58,208 nt of DNA, taken from NCBI GenBank assembly GCA_031402515.1, contig JANNSK010000093.1, positions 1 through 58,208 of the forward strand. The letters run 5' to 3'. Each line of letters begins with the position of its first letter. The stretch's first letter is position 1. Origin of the DNA: Alphaproteobacteria bacterium (lineage in GTDB: Bacteria > Pseudomonadota > Alphaproteobacteria > Rickettsiales > UBA3002). Below the pieces are notes generated by a model that made no database searches, was not told where the DNA came from, and saw only the letters and a list, made by a program, of their open reading frames with translations. Shown here one piece after another: positions 38,733 through 49,311 of the stretch. The position numbers and the translations under genes are program-made.

Positions 38733-41132
38733 ATGAAGGTGTGTGTGCGTTTTCGCTATCTGGCCGTCGCGGCGGGGCTGTTTCTGGCCATGCCTGCGGC
38801 TTCCTATGCCACCTTTTTACCCAAGTTCGATGCGGACGCGCCAGATGTAGAAAAAGCCTCTACCGAACCATCGCCAGATTTTATCAACCTTAACAGTGTG
38901 GTGGGTGACGCTGCCGCCCGCGAACCGGATGGCGAAGTGGTGAATGAAATCCGCGTTGAGGGCACCCAACGCATCGACAATTCAGCGGTAGAAACTTATC
39001 TCGACATCAGCCATGGGCAGAAAGTCAGCCGTTACGAGCTGGACGCAGGCTTAAAGAAACTCTATGACACCGGATTTTTTGCGGATGTCGGAGTGGATTT
39101 TGAACGCGGCGTACTCACCGTACGCGTGGTGGAGAATCCCAGCATCAACACGGTGATTTTCGAGGGAAACGACCAAATCGAGAAAGAAGACCTTGAGGCA
39201 GAAATCTCGCTGCGTTCTCGTTCAATTTACACCCGCACCAAGGTGCAAAACGACTTAAAGCGCCTACTTGATGTGTATCGCAGGAACGGCCGTTACTCGG
39301 CACAGATTACCCCGCAAGTCATTCCGCTCGAACAAAATCGCGTGAACCTTGTTTACAACATCACCGAGGGACCGAAAGCCTTTATCGAAAAAATTACCTT
39401 TATCGGCAACGAATCCTACAGTTCGAACACGCTGCAAAATCTGGTCAGTTCGTCGCAAAATCGCTGGTATAGTTTCCTTAACGATTCGGACAAGTACGAC
39501 CCGGACCGGCTGCAATACGATCAGGAATTGCTGCGCCGCTTCTATTTCGAAAACGGCTATGCCGATTTCAAGGTCAAGTCCGCCATCGCGGAATTATCGC
39601 CGCAACGTGATGCGTTCTACCTCACTTTCACCATTGAGGAGGGCGGTAGGTATCGCTTCGGCAAAATCGATGTGGAATCGAAACTGCCCAAAGATAAAAT
39701 TCCGGACTTCGGAAAGGCCATCACCACCGTCACTGGTGATACATACAACGCAACAGAGGTCGAACATTCAATCGACCAAATGGTCGATATATTAGGCGAT
39801 AACGGTTTTGCTTTCGTCGATATTTCTCCTGACGTAAAACGCCGCACCGAAGGTAAAAAGAAAATTATCGACCTTACCTATGACATCAAGGAAGGCCCGC
39901 GCGTGTATGTTGAGCGCATTAACATTTTCGGCAATCACCGTACGCTGGATGAGGTGATTCGCCGTGAATTTCGCCTGTCGGAAGGTGACGCCTACTCCTC
40001 CAGCAAAATCAAACGCACGCAACAGCGCCTGAATAATCTTGGTTATTTCGGTAAAGCGACCATTCAGAATACAACGGGAAGTGCGGCGGACCGCACGCAA
40101 CTTGACGTCGAGGTTGAGGAAAAATCCACCGGTGAGCTTTCTTTCGGCGCAGGATTTTCCACCAACGACGGTCCGTTGCTCAATGCGGGTGTCACCGAGC
40201 GCAATTTCCTTGGCCGCGGTCAGGAACTTCGCCTAAGTGGATTGTTTGCGGGCAGACGCCAACAATTCGATATCGGCTTTACCGAGCCTTATTTTCTTGG
40301 TCGCGAGCTCGATGCCGGGATTGATGTCTACAAAACTACTCAGGATTTTTCGAGCGAATCCTCGTTCGACCGCGAAGCGCTGGGTGTCGTGCTCCGCCTC
40401 GGCTACAGCCTCTCCGAACATACACGCCATCAGATACGCTACACGTATGAAGATACTGAAATCAGCAACGTTTCGGCTACAGCCTCCACCTATATTAGAG
40501 ATCAAGAGGGCACCACCGTCACCTCGATGATCGGCCACTCGATTATCAATGACGAGCGCGACAGTAAAATCGCTCCAACTTCAGGCTATTACTGGCGTTT
40601 GAATCAGGATTTTGCGGGATTTGGCGGTGATAACAGGTTTATTCGCCATGAAGTCGAAGGGAGTTACTATTATCCCATTGCCAAAAAATGGACCTTCATC
40701 ACCTCCGGTGCGGCGGGCAATATCACCGGCGTCGGCGAGGATGTCCCCATCAGTCAACGCTTCTTCATCGGCAGTCGGGAAATCCGTGGTTTCACCAATT
40801 CCGGTATCGGCCCACGTGATGTCGCGACCGATGACGCGTTGGGCGGCAACAACTATTACGCGGCGACCATGGAAGTGCAGTTTCCGCTTGGGCTGCCGGA
40901 GGATCTCGGCGTTACCGGCGCCGCCTTCACCGATATCGGTAGCGAGTGGGGATTGGATAAGGATGGCGCAGGTATTGCCGCCGACTCCAGTAATCCACGG
41001 GCATCTGCTGGGGTAGGCATCGCCTGGACCTCGCCCTTTGGCCCCATCCGTATCGATTTCGCCAAAGCCTTCCTGAGTGAAGAGGAAGACGAAACAGAGT
41101 TAATACGGTTTAATTTCGGAACGCGGTTTTAG
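38733..41132 (+). CDS. bamA: outer membrane protein assembly factor
   Basis: POTRA repeats, IRGF, WTSPFGPIRID, terminal F. Confidence 0.97.
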   Translation: MKVCVRFRYLAVAAGLFLAMPAASYATFLPKFDADAPDVEKASTEPSPDFINLNSVVGDAAAREPDGEVVNEIRVEGTQRIDNSAVETYLDISHGQKVSRYELDAGLKKLYDTGFFADVGVDFERGVLTVRVVENPSINTVIFEGNDQIEKEDLEAEISLRSRSIYTRTKVQNDLKRLLDVYRRNGRYSAQITPQVIPLEQNRVNLVYNITEGPKAFIEKITFIGNESYSSNTLQNLVSSSQNRWYSFLNDSDKYDPDRLQYDQELLRRFYFENGYADFKVKSAIAELSPQRDAFYLTFTIEEGGRYRFGKIDVESKLPKDKIPDFGKAITTVTGDTYNATEVEHSIDQMVDILGDNGFAFVDISPDVKRRTEGKKKIIDLTYDIKEGPRVYVERINIFGNHRTLDEVIRREFRLSEGDAYSSSKIKRTQQRLNNLGYFGKATIQNTTGSAADRTQLDVEVEEKSTGELSFGAGFSTNDGPLLNAGVTERNFLGRGQELRLSGLFAGRRQQFDIGFTEPYFLGRELDAGIDVYKTTQDFSSESSFDREALGVVLRLGYSLSEHTRHQIRYTYEDTEISNVSATASTYIRDQEGTTVTSMIGHSIINDERDSKIAPTSGYYWRLNQDFAGFGGDNRFIRHEVEGSYYYPIAKKWTFITSGAAGNITGVGEDVPISQRFFIGSREIRGFTNSGIGPRDVATDDALGGNNYYAATMEVQFPLGLPEDLGVTGAAFTDIGSEWGLDKDGAGIAADSSNPRASAGVGIAWTSPFGPIRIDFAKAFLSEEEDETELIRFNFGTRF

Positions 41133-41287
41133 TCTTAATTTCAATAGCTTGTAGACTATCACCAATAATAACGATTTATATCGTAGTCAGCGCCATTTTG
41201 GCACTGGATTTCCTACAGAAAATGGTGCAAATTCCCGCTCCCTGGGCGCGTTTCGCCTGGTATTGTGTCATTAGGAAAGGGTTTATT

Positions 41288-41830
41288 ATGAAACAGTCCA
41301 TCACCCACGTTGTGCTCGCTGTAACTATGCTGACGCTCGTAAGCGTTGCCACTCCCGCTGCTGCCGATACGACCATCGGCGTTGTGAATGTTCAGAAAAT
41401 CATGCGTGAATCGAAAGCTGCCGTCTCGGTACGTTCGCAGCTCGAGTCCAAACAAAAAAGCTTCCAAGCTGATCTCGACGCCAAGGAAAAAGCGCTCTTG
41501 AGCGAAGATCAGGCGCTCGCCAAAGAACAGGCCACCACCAAGGACAAGGCAGCTTTCGAGAAAAAAGTAAAGGATTTCCAGGCCAAAGCGAAAGCGACCC
41601 AGCGTGATGTGCAGACCAAAAAAACCCAGCTATTTAAAGCAGTGGGCGCAGCGGAAGACCAGATCCAAAGCACACTTGCCGCTATCGTGAAGGATGTCGC
41701 GTCAGAAAAGAAGATGAACGCCGTCGTCTCCTCGTCACAGGTGCTGTATTCGGATAGCACGCTGGATGTCACGCCGGTCGTGTTGCAGCGCCTTGATGCC
41801 AAGCTGCCCAACGTCGCGGTAAAATTCTAA
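41288..41830 (+). CDS. skp: OmpH/Skp periplasmic chaperone
   Basis: Signal peptide, IGVVNVQKI, coiled coil, DVT; synteny. Confidence 0.92.
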   Translation: MKQSITHVVLAVTMLTLVSVATPAAADTTIGVVNVQKIMRESKAAVSVRSQLESKQKSFQADLDAKEKALLSEDQALAKEQATTKDKAAFEKKVKDFQAKAKATQRDVQTKKTQLFKAVGAAEDQIQSTLAAIVKDVASEKKMNAVVSSSQVLYSDSTLDVTPVVLQRLDAKLPNVAVKF

Positions 41831-41852
41831 CGCCGCACACAGGTGCTGACCC

Positions 41853-42884
41853 ATGGTCGACCGCCGATTCTTTGCCAATCGCGGACCGTTTACGGTGGCT
41901 GAGCTAGCCACGGTTACCGGTGCTGCCGTATTGCGTATAGAAGATGGTGGCCGGACCCTGAAAGATGTGGCTCCGCTTGACCGCGCCACGGAAAGCGATG
42001 CTAGTTTTTTTGATAATACGAAATACATCGAGCAATTCCTGAACAGCAAGGCGGGTGTCTGCTTCACCCGAACCAAATTCTCCGAGCAAGCGCCCAAGGG
42101 TATGGCCTTGCTGATTACCGAAGATCCTTATCGCTGCTACGCGCTGGCTGCCCAGCGGTTTTACCCAACCTTCGAGCCTGCGACGGACATCGCCTCTTCT
42201 GCCACTATCAGCCCTTCGGCAACACTGGGAAAAAACGTAGCCGTTGCTCCGGGTGCGGTAATTGGGGAAAATGTCATGATCGGCGATCATAGCACCATCG
42301 GCGCCAATGCAGTGATTGAGGCAAATGTCATGATTGGCGACCATACACGTATTGGTGCGTGCAGTACGATAAGCCATGCCATCATCGGCAACCGGGTGAT
42401 TATCCATCGCGGCGTCCATATCGGGCAGGATGGCTTTGGCTTTGCGCTGGGGCGCGATGGCCATGTGAAAGTGCCGCAGCTCGGGCGCGTGGTGATCGAG
42501 GACGATGTCGAAATCGGCTCCGGCACTACCATCGATCGCGGCACCGGGCCGGATACGCTTATTGGCGAAGGCAGCAAAATTGATAATCTCGTGATGATTG
42601 GCCATAATGTGCAAATCGGCAAACGGGCGATTATCATTGCACAAGTAGGTATTTCCGGTTCGACCCGTATCGGCGATGGTGCCGTACTTGCCGGACAAGT
42701 CGGTGTCGCCGGTCACTTAAAAATTGGTGCAGGGGCTAAGCTGGCCGCCAAAGCCGGCGTCATGAGCGATATCCCCGCTGGTGCTTCTTACGGTGGATTC
42801 CCCGCGATCGCGATTACCGATTGGCATCGTCAGACCATTGCCGTATCCAGACTCATTAAATCAAAACGAGGTGGAAATGAGTAG
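41853..42884 (+). CDS. lpxD: UDP-3-O-acylglucosamine N-acyltransferase
   Basis: GQDGFGF, KIDNLVMIGHNV, hexapeptide repeats. Confidence 0.97.
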   Translation: MVDRRFFANRGPFTVAELATVTGAAVLRIEDGGRTLKDVAPLDRATESDASFFDNTKYIEQFLNSKAGVCFTRTKFSEQAPKGMALLITEDPYRCYALAAQRFYPTFEPATDIASSATISPSATLGKNVAVAPGAVIGENVMIGDHSTIGANAVIEANVMIGDHTRIGACSTISHAIIGNRVIIHRGVHIGQDGFGFALGRDGHVKVPQLGRVVIEDDVEIGSGTTIDRGTGPDTLIGEGSKIDNLVMIGHNVQIGKRAIIIAQVGISGSTRIGDGAVLAGQVGVAGHLKIGAGAKLAAKAGVMSDIPAGASYGGFPAIAITDWHRQTIAVSRLIKSKRGGNE

Positions 42885-43356
42885 CGCCCTTGCCATTAAG
42901 CCTGAACTTCCCAGCTACGATACGGACGGCATCAAGACACTTATTCCCCATCGTTATCCGATGCTGATGATCGATCGTGTAGTGAATATTGTCGAAGGGC
43001 AATCCATCGTTGGCATTAAGCGCGTGACAGCGGACGAGCCTTATTTCCCCGGCCATTTTCCCAACCATCCGGTTATGCCTGGCGTACTGATTGTCGAGGC
43101 CATGGCACAGTCGGCAGCCGCACTCGTCGTCCATACGATGGGTAAGGAAGCGCATGGCAAAGTCGTGTATTTCATGTCGGTAGAAGAAGCGAAGTTTCGT
43201 AAACCCGTCATACCCGGCGATACATTAGAGCTTCATTGTGAAGTGCAGCAGAGTCGCAAGAGTGTGTGGAAGTTTACCGGCACCGCCTATGTCAATGGTG
43301 CCCGTGTGGCAGATGCCGTCTACACGGCCATGATCATGGATGAAAAGGGCGCGTGA
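42877..43356 (+). CDS. fabZ: 3-hydroxyacyl-ACP dehydratase
   Basis: PHRYPML, GHFP..PVMPGVLIVEAMAQ. Confidence 0.97.
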   Translation: MSSALAIKPELPSYDTDGIKTLIPHRYPMLMIDRVVNIVEGQSIVGIKRVTADEPYFPGHFPNHPVMPGVLIVEAMAQSAAALVVHTMGKEAHGKVVYFMSVEEAKFRKPVIPGDTLELHCEVQQSRKSVWKFTGTAYVNGARVADAVYTAMIMDEKGA

Positions 43357-44180
43357 TGATAGGTAGTATCCATCCGACCGCTGTCATCGCCAAAGGGGCG
43401 AAGATGGGCAGTCATGTAACTATCGGCCCCTACTGTGTGGTGGGTGAGCATGTGACGCTCGGCGATCGCGTGATACTGCATAGCCATGTTGTCATCGACG
43501 GTACGACAGAAATCGGCGAAGGCACCGAGATTTTTCCCTTCGCATCGATTGGACATTGTCCGCAGGATAAAAAATTTAAAGGCGAGCAATCGCGACTTGT
43601 CATCGGCCACAACAACATTATCCGCGAACATGTGACCATGAACCCCGGTACCGAGGGCGGCGGACTTGTTACTAGTGTTGGCGATGATTGCTTATTCATG
43701 GCTTCCGCCCATGTGGCGCATGACTGCACGGTCGGCAATAACGTCATCCTCGCCAACAACGCGACACTGGCCGGACATGTATCCGTCGGCAATGGTGTGA
43801 TCATCGGCGGACTTTCTGCCGTACACCAATTCGTGCGCATCGGCGATTACGCCTTTATCGGCGGCATGTCGGGCGTTGAAAAAGATGTCATTCCTTTCGG
43901 CACCGTCAAGGGCGAACGCGCCTCGCTTGATGGGTTGAATCTCGTCGGCCTCAAACGTCGTAATATCGGACGCGACCATATTCATGCGCTACGCCACCTG
44001 TTCAAAGCATTGTTTTATGGTAATGGCGGTACCCTCACCGAACGCGCTGAAAAACTCAAATCTGATTATCCACAACAAGAAGCAGCTGCTCTCCTTGAAT
44101 TCATATTAACCGATTCATCCCGTGCTTTCTGCACCCCTGGTAGCAAACTTGAAAAACGCGAACTTGAAACAAGTATCTAG
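43356..44180 (+). CDS. lpxA: UDP-N-acetylglucosamine acyltransferase
   Basis: IHPTAVI, PQDKKF, HVAHDC, VHQFVRIG. Confidence 0.97.
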   Translation: MIGSIHPTAVIAKGAKMGSHVTIGPYCVVGEHVTLGDRVILHSHVVIDGTTEIGEGTEIFPFASIGHCPQDKKFKGEQSRLVIGHNNIIREHVTMNPGTEGGGLVTSVGDDCLFMASAHVAHDCTVGNNVILANNATLAGHVSVGNGVIIGGLSAVHQFVRIGDYAFIGGMSGVEKDVIPFGTVKGERASLDGLNLVGLKRRNIGRDHIHALRHLFKALFYGNGGTLTERAEKLKSDYPQQEAAALLEFILTDSSRAFCTPGSKLEKRELETSI

Positions 44181-44181
44181 T

Positions 44182-45030
44182 ATGGCTGAGTCTGGCCTTG
44201 CGCTGCCCAAGCTCGGTATCATCGCCGGTGCGGGCGAGCTGCCGCGCACCATTATCCAAACCTGTCAATCTGTTGACAGGCCATATTTTGTCATTGCCCT
44301 CGAAGAAGCAGCAGATGCGGCAACGGCAGATCTTGCAGGGCTTGACCATGCGTGGATTCGCCTCGGCGCCACCGGAAAAATTATCGACACGTTGCGCGCG
44401 CATGGCGTCCAAGAAGTGGTAATGGCGGGTAAAGTTACTCGCCCCAAACTTGCTACGCTGCGTCCGGATCTCAAAGGTACCAAACTTCTTGCTCGCTTGG
44501 GATCGCAACTCATTAGTGGCGATAATGAACTGCTCTCAACTATCGTACGTTTTCTGGAAGAAGAAGGATTCAATGTTGTCGGGGCCGATGAGGTGGTACG
44601 GGATTTGATTGCACCGGAAGGGCTCATTGGCTCGATTTACCCTGACCATCGCGCTCAGCGCGACATCGAATTCGGCGCACGCATTGCTCGCACCATTGGC
44701 TCGCTCGATATTGGTCAGGCGGTTATCGTCCATAATCAACAGGTTTTGGGAGTTGAAGCCGTGGAGGGCACGGACGCACTCATCACCCGTTGCGCCGACT
44801 TGCGCGCGGAAGAAAAAGGAGGTGTGCTGGTAAAGGCTAAAAAACCACAGCAAGACCGCCGTGCTGATTTACCAACCATCGGCATCCCTACCATCAATCG
44901 TCTTGCCGAAAGTGGGTTCACCGGCGTTGCCATCGAAGCTGGATCAGCACTCATCGTCGACCGCCTTGAAGTCGCACGTTTGGCCGACCAACTCGGGCTG
45001 TTCGTCGTTGGATTTAGTGTTTTAGAATAA
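44182..45030 (+). CDS. lpxI: UDP-2,3-diacylglucosamine pyrophosphatase
   Basis: GIIAGAGELP, DIGQAV, EAVEGTD, QDRRADLPTIG. Confidence 0.93.
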   Translation: MAESGLALPKLGIIAGAGELPRTIIQTCQSVDRPYFVIALEEAADAATADLAGLDHAWIRLGATGKIIDTLRAHGVQEVVMAGKVTRPKLATLRPDLKGTKLLARLGSQLISGDNELLSTIVRFLEEEGFNVVGADEVVRDLIAPEGLIGSIYPDHRAQRDIEFGARIARTIGSLDIGQAVIVHNQQVLGVEAVEGTDALITRCADLRAEEKGGVLVKAKKPQQDRRADLPTIGIPTINRLAESGFTGVAIEAGSALIVDRLEVARLADQLGLFVVGFSVLE

Positions 45031-45031
45031 T

Positions 45032-46189
45032 ATGAAAATCGCGCTGATTGCAGGCGAAACCTCCGGCGACCAACTTGGCGGGTGGCTCATGGAGTCCATC
45101 ATAAACGCTCCACGCTCCACGCTCCACGCTCCCCATTTCATCGGCATCGGCAGTGAGCGTATGCAGAAACAGGGGCTCATCAGCCTATTTCCCATGCATG
45201 AGATTTCGCTATTCGGTATTTTCGAGATCATTCCGCATATTTTTAATCTCAAACGACGGATGCGCGAGACCATCGAATTCATCGAACATGAAAATCCAGA
45301 TGTGCTGGTCACCATTGATTGTCCAGGATTCGTACTGCGTATCATAAAAATCCTGCGTGCGCGCAATTTGGTACGCCCGCGCCTCATTCACTACGTTGCC
45401 CCCACCGTTTGGGCTTATCGCGCCTGGCGCGCCAAGGTGATGGCGGAACGATTCGACCATCTGTTGGCCCTGTTTCCCTTCGAGCCGCCCTATTTCGAGA
45501 AAGAAGGACTAAAAACTACCTATGTCGGCCATCAGATCGCATGGGAATGGAAAACCAAAGGTGACGGCGCTTCATTCCGTATCCGTCACGGCATCGCGGA
45601 AGATGCACCCATACTCGCCATTTTTCCCGGCAGCCGCAAAGGGGAAATCAAACGATTGCTTCCGGTGATTGCCGAGACAGTAAGAAAACTTCATGCACAA
45701 TTACCAAAACTGCGCACGATCATTCAAGTGCCCGACTCACTGAAAACACCAATCACCGAACAGACTTCTAGCTGGCTCGTTCGCCCTCTGATCTTAAGCA
45801 ATCAGGAAGAAAAGAAAGATTTCTTTGCGGCGGCAACGGCAGCGCTTGCTAAATCCGGCACGATTGCGCTGGAATGTTCGCTCGCCGGGTTGCCGTTAGT
45901 TGTCACCTACAAACTAAACCCACTCAGTTACTGGATGGTGCGCCGGACAATTAAAGTCGACTATGTCCATATCGCCAACTTGATAAAAAACCGCGAAATC
46001 ATCCCCGAACTGATTCAGGAGAAATGCACCAGTCATGCATTAAGTGTCGCCCTGATCCCACTGCTTACGGATGAGTCTGCGCGCAATACCCAACGCGGCG
46101 AACTCACAGAATTTGCCGCGGTGCTGGGTGCCGAAGATACGCAATCACCTAGCGACAAAGCAGCGCAAGTAATTTTAGACGGGTTTTAA
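45032..46189 (+). CDS. lpxB: lipid-A-disaccharide synthase
   Basis: AGETSGD, YVAPTVWA, PGSR, SGT. Confidence 0.96.
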   Translation: MKIALIAGETSGDQLGGWLMESIINAPRSTLHAPHFIGIGSERMQKQGLISLFPMHEISLFGIFEIIPHIFNLKRRMRETIEFIEHENPDVLVTIDCPGFVLRIIKILRARNLVRPRLIHYVAPTVWAYRAWRAKVMAERFDHLLALFPFEPPYFEKEGLKTTYVGHQIAWEWKTKGDGASFRIRHGIAEDAPILAIFPGSRKGEIKRLLPVIAETVRKLHAQLPKLRTIIQVPDSLKTPITEQTSSWLVRPLILSNQEEKKDFFAAATAALAKSGTIALECSLAGLPLVVTYKLNPLSYWMVRRTIKVDYVHIANLIKNREIIPELIQEKCTSHALSVALIPLLTDESARNTQRGELTEFAAVLGAEDTQSPSDKAAQVILDGF

Positions 46190-48364
46190 TTGCCCCATTG
46201 CCACGTCGTACTCAAAGAGGGCAAGCAACAGACGTAAGGCACGACCGCGTGGAGAAAGCAACTCAGGATCGGTCGATAGAATGTGGCGCGCATCGTCATG
46301 GGCCAAGCGAATCAGCCCGAGATGCTGACTCATATCGGCAAGTTTGAATTCAGGTAATCCCGTTTGGCGGGTGCCAAGCACGTCACCTGCCCCCCGCAGT
46401 TTTAAATCTTCTTCAGCGATGACGAATCCGTCATTGGTTTCGCGCAGCGTGGTCAGGCGACGCCTTGCCACTTCCGTCAGTGGGTCATGATAGAGGAGAA
46501 TACAACGCGATGCTTTGTTGGAGCGCCCAACTCGCCCCCGCAGCTGGTGAAGCTGTGCCAAACCAAATCGTTCAGCATGTTCAACAACCATGACGGTTGC
46601 CGAGGTGACGTTAACGCCTACCTCGACCACCGTCGTTGCCACAAGTAATTGCAAATCGCCACAAGCAAAATCTTGCATCACTCGCTCGCGCTCCGCAAGT
46701 TTCATGCGGCCATGGATGATGCCAACTTTTTTAGGAAATATTTTGGAGAGTTGCGCATAACGTTCTTCGGCGGCGGCGAGGTCAAGTTTTCCATCATCTT
46801 CTGTGTTTTCTTCGATGATCGGGCAGACCCAGTATATTTTCTCTCCCGCATTAAGAACACGACCCAACCCTTCGATGACCTCCTTGATGCGCGCGAAGGG
46901 TATCGCTCTCGTATCGATTTCCTTGCGGCCCGGCGGGCGTTCGGTCAACGCCGAGATGTCCATATCGCCAACCATCGTCATGGTCAGGCTGCGCGGGATG
47001 GGGGTCGCCGTCATTTGCAGTAAATGCGGTGTGCGGCCCTTGCCGGTGAGCTTCATACGCTGCGCGACACCAAACCTATGTTGTTCGTCCACCACTACCA
47101 ATCCAAGTTTGAAGAATTTGACATCATCTTGGAACAAGGCATGGGTGCCGACGGCGATTTTTATTTCTCCTACCGCTAGCGCGGCTTGAATATCCTCGCG
47201 CTCACCTTTTCTCATTTTACCGGAAAGCAGTGCCAGAGGGATTTTTAACGCTTCTGCCAAGGGTTGGAGTGTTTCAAGATGTTGACGGGCGAGTAAATCC
47301 GTTGGAGCCATGAAGGCGGATTGCAGCCCGGCTGCAGCCGCCTGCGCCATCGCCGCGAAGGCAAGCACAGTTTTTCCGGAACCGACATCACCCTGCAGCA
47401 AACGCACCATACGTTCGCCCGAAGTAATGTCTTTAAGAATATCGGCCAGCACCTGTTCCTGCCCCTTGGTCAGGGAAAATGGCAGAACTTTCATGAGAAG
47501 TTGTATCACCGCTTCGTTATGCGGAATGGTGAAGGATTGCTGGCGGCGCTCGATGCGCCGTAACAGCCCGAGCGCTAGCTGGTTCGCCAGAAGCTCGTCA
47601 TAGGCCAAGCGCGCGCGAGGGGCAGAGTCAGCTAAAATATCGGCAGCCTCATTGGGCATATGCAGTGCTTTGAGTGCTCCGGTGAAGGAAGGCCAGCTTT
47701 TTTCTTTTAGCAACTCGGAAGAATGCCACTCGGCAAGCGGTGCCATTTTTTCGACGACTTGCGTCGTTGCTTTGGCGACGGTTTTTTGCGAAATCCCCAG
47801 CGTCAGCGCATAGACGGGGCTTAAGCGAATCACTTCACTCGCTTTCTCGGGTGCTGCAATCACATCCGGATGCGCCATGGTGGCCATGCCGTTATACCAC
47901 TCCATAACCCCGCAAATGATGCGCTTTTCTCCTACGGGAAGTTGGTGCGATAAATAATCCCCTTTCACATGGAAGAAAGTGAGCATCAAGGTACCGGTCG
48001 CATCCTCCGTCGCCACTTTATAGGGCACGCGCGGACGGTTGGGTGGTGGTGGCGCATGCTCGGTGACGGTAACTTCGACCGTTGCATATTCGCTTTTCTT
48101 GAGCGCTGAGACGGCAGTCATGTTCCTGCGATCGATGACGCCGATAGGCAAATGAAACAGCAGGTCGCGCAAGGCGGGCGTATGATGCGGATGTTCTTCC
48201 AGCATGTGGGAATTCGCGAGCAGGCGGCGCAATCCCTGCAATACCGATGGGCCGACGCCTTTGAGCGTTGTCACCGGCGCAAACCACGGATACAGCACCG
48301 CCGGTCGCAGTGACAGGGCGGATGCGCTAGTTGCCAAGCTCGATGAGGATGCTGCGTTCGTCAT
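46175..48364 (-). CDS. recG: ATP-dependent DNA helicase RecG
   Basis: LLQGDVGSGKT, DEQHRFGV, MTATPIPR, QLRGRVGR; start inferred. Confidence 0.96.
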   Translation of the reverse strand: MTNAASSSSLATSASALSLRPAVLYPWFAPVTTLKGVGPSVLQGLRRLLANSHMLEEHPHHTPALRDLLFHLPIGVIDRRNMTAVSALKKSEYATVEVTVTEHAPPPPNRPRVPYKVATEDATGTLMLTFFHVKGDYLSHQLPVGEKRIICGVMEWYNGMATMAHPDVIAAPEKASEVIRLSPVYALTLGISQKTVAKATTQVVEKMAPLAEWHSSELLKEKSWPSFTGALKALHMPNEAADILADSAPRARLAYDELLANQLALGLLRRIERRQQSFTIPHNEAVIQLLMKVLPFSLTKGQEQVLADILKDITSGERMVRLLQGDVGSGKTVLAFAAMAQAAAAGLQSAFMAPTDLLARQHLETLQPLAEALKIPLALLSGKMRKGEREDIQAALAVGEIKIAVGTHALFQDDVKFFKLGLVVVDEQHRFGVAQRMKLTGKGRTPHLLQMTATPIPRSLTMTMVGDMDISALTERPPGRKEIDTRAIPFARIKEVIEGLGRVLNAGEKIYWVCPIIEENTEDDGKLDLAAAEERYAQLSKIFPKKVGIIHGRMKLAERERVMQDFACGDLQLLVATTVVEVGVNVTSATVMVVEHAERFGLAQLHQLRGRVGRSNKASRCILLYHDPLTEVARRRLTTLRETNDGFVIAEEDLKLRGAGDVLGTRQTGLPEFKLADMSQHLGLIRLAHDDARHILSTDPELLSPRGRALRLLLALFEYDVAMGQLKPV

Positions 48365-49298
48365 TATCGAGTTCTTCCATAGCCGCCTCACAATTGCTCA
48401 GGAGGTCTGCGTTGTCGATATCGCCCATCATATCGAACGCGACGCTGATGGTGACAGAGAAATCTGCTTTGCCACCGAAAGCAAGCCGGTGTTCGCGTAC
48501 ATTCCCGCGCAGGCGATTGAGCACCACCCGCGCCGATTCGCGCGAAATATCGAATAGCACTAGCGCCAGCGTTGATTCAGAAAGCACGCCGATAACATCC
48601 TCGGTACGGAAGGTACTGCGACAGCAATTGGCGACATGCTTAAGCAAAGCATTGCAGCCATCCGCGTCGTAGCGCTCCATACTGCGATTGTGGCGATCGA
48701 GCCGAAGTACAGCGAAACTCACCGATACCGTATTCGTAGCGCGGTAGCTTTTCAGCAGTTTTAGATAATTTTCCGTAGTCTCGCGATTCGGTAAACCCGT
48801 AATGGGGTCCACCTCAAGCCTTCCGTCGAGGCTAGTTTTTAGAAAATCGCGCAGTTGTTGTTTTGCCAGTTTTTCGTGTTCGTCGGGGAGTACCATTTGA
48901 AAGCGCGGATTGCGGTCCTCGGCCATGATGCGCAGCACCGTGCAGGGCAGCGCGATTTCCTCACCCAGCCGATGGCGCATACGCACCGTATGTTGACGGG
49001 AAAAGATATCGCCGAAATCGGGCGCATCATCCCTATATTCCAGTTCTTCGGAGAGCAGCTTGGCGGTGCGCACGCCTAGTATTTCATCCAATGTATGGTC
49101 GGTAAGGTCACCCGCCGCATAGCCCAGAAGATTCGTCAGCGTTTCGTTGGCGGCGTTGATGGTAAGTGCACGTTTTGTGTTATCCTGCATCAGCAGCAGA
49201 ACACCGTCGCCTTTACGGCCTTCGGCGGGCTTTTCCATCAGTTCTGCCATACATCCACGCTTGCGAAATATTGAAGATTCAGTATGTTCCATGCTCAT
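48327..49298 (-). CDS. PAS plus degenerate GGDEF-domain protein
   Basis: NLLGY PAS segment; DPITGLPNR, FRTEDVIG, VTISV; GGDEF replaced by SESTL. Confidence 0.8.
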   Translation of the reverse strand: MSMEHTESSIFRKRGCMAELMEKPAEGRKGDGVLLLMQDNTKRALTINAANETLTNLLGYAAGDLTDHTLDEILGVRTAKLLSEELEYRDDAPDFGDIFSRQHTVRMRHRLGEEIALPCTVLRIMAEDRNPRFQMVLPDEHEKLAKQQLRDFLKTSLDGRLEVDPITGLPNRETTENYLKLLKSYRATNTVSVSFAVLRLDRHNRSMERYDADGCNALLKHVANCCRSTFRTEDVIGVLSESTLALVLFDISRESARVVLNRLRGNVREHRLAFGGKADFSVTISVAFDMMGDIDNADLLSNCEAAMEELDNDERSILIELGN

Positions 49299-49311
49299 AA
49301 AGAGTCAAGCT

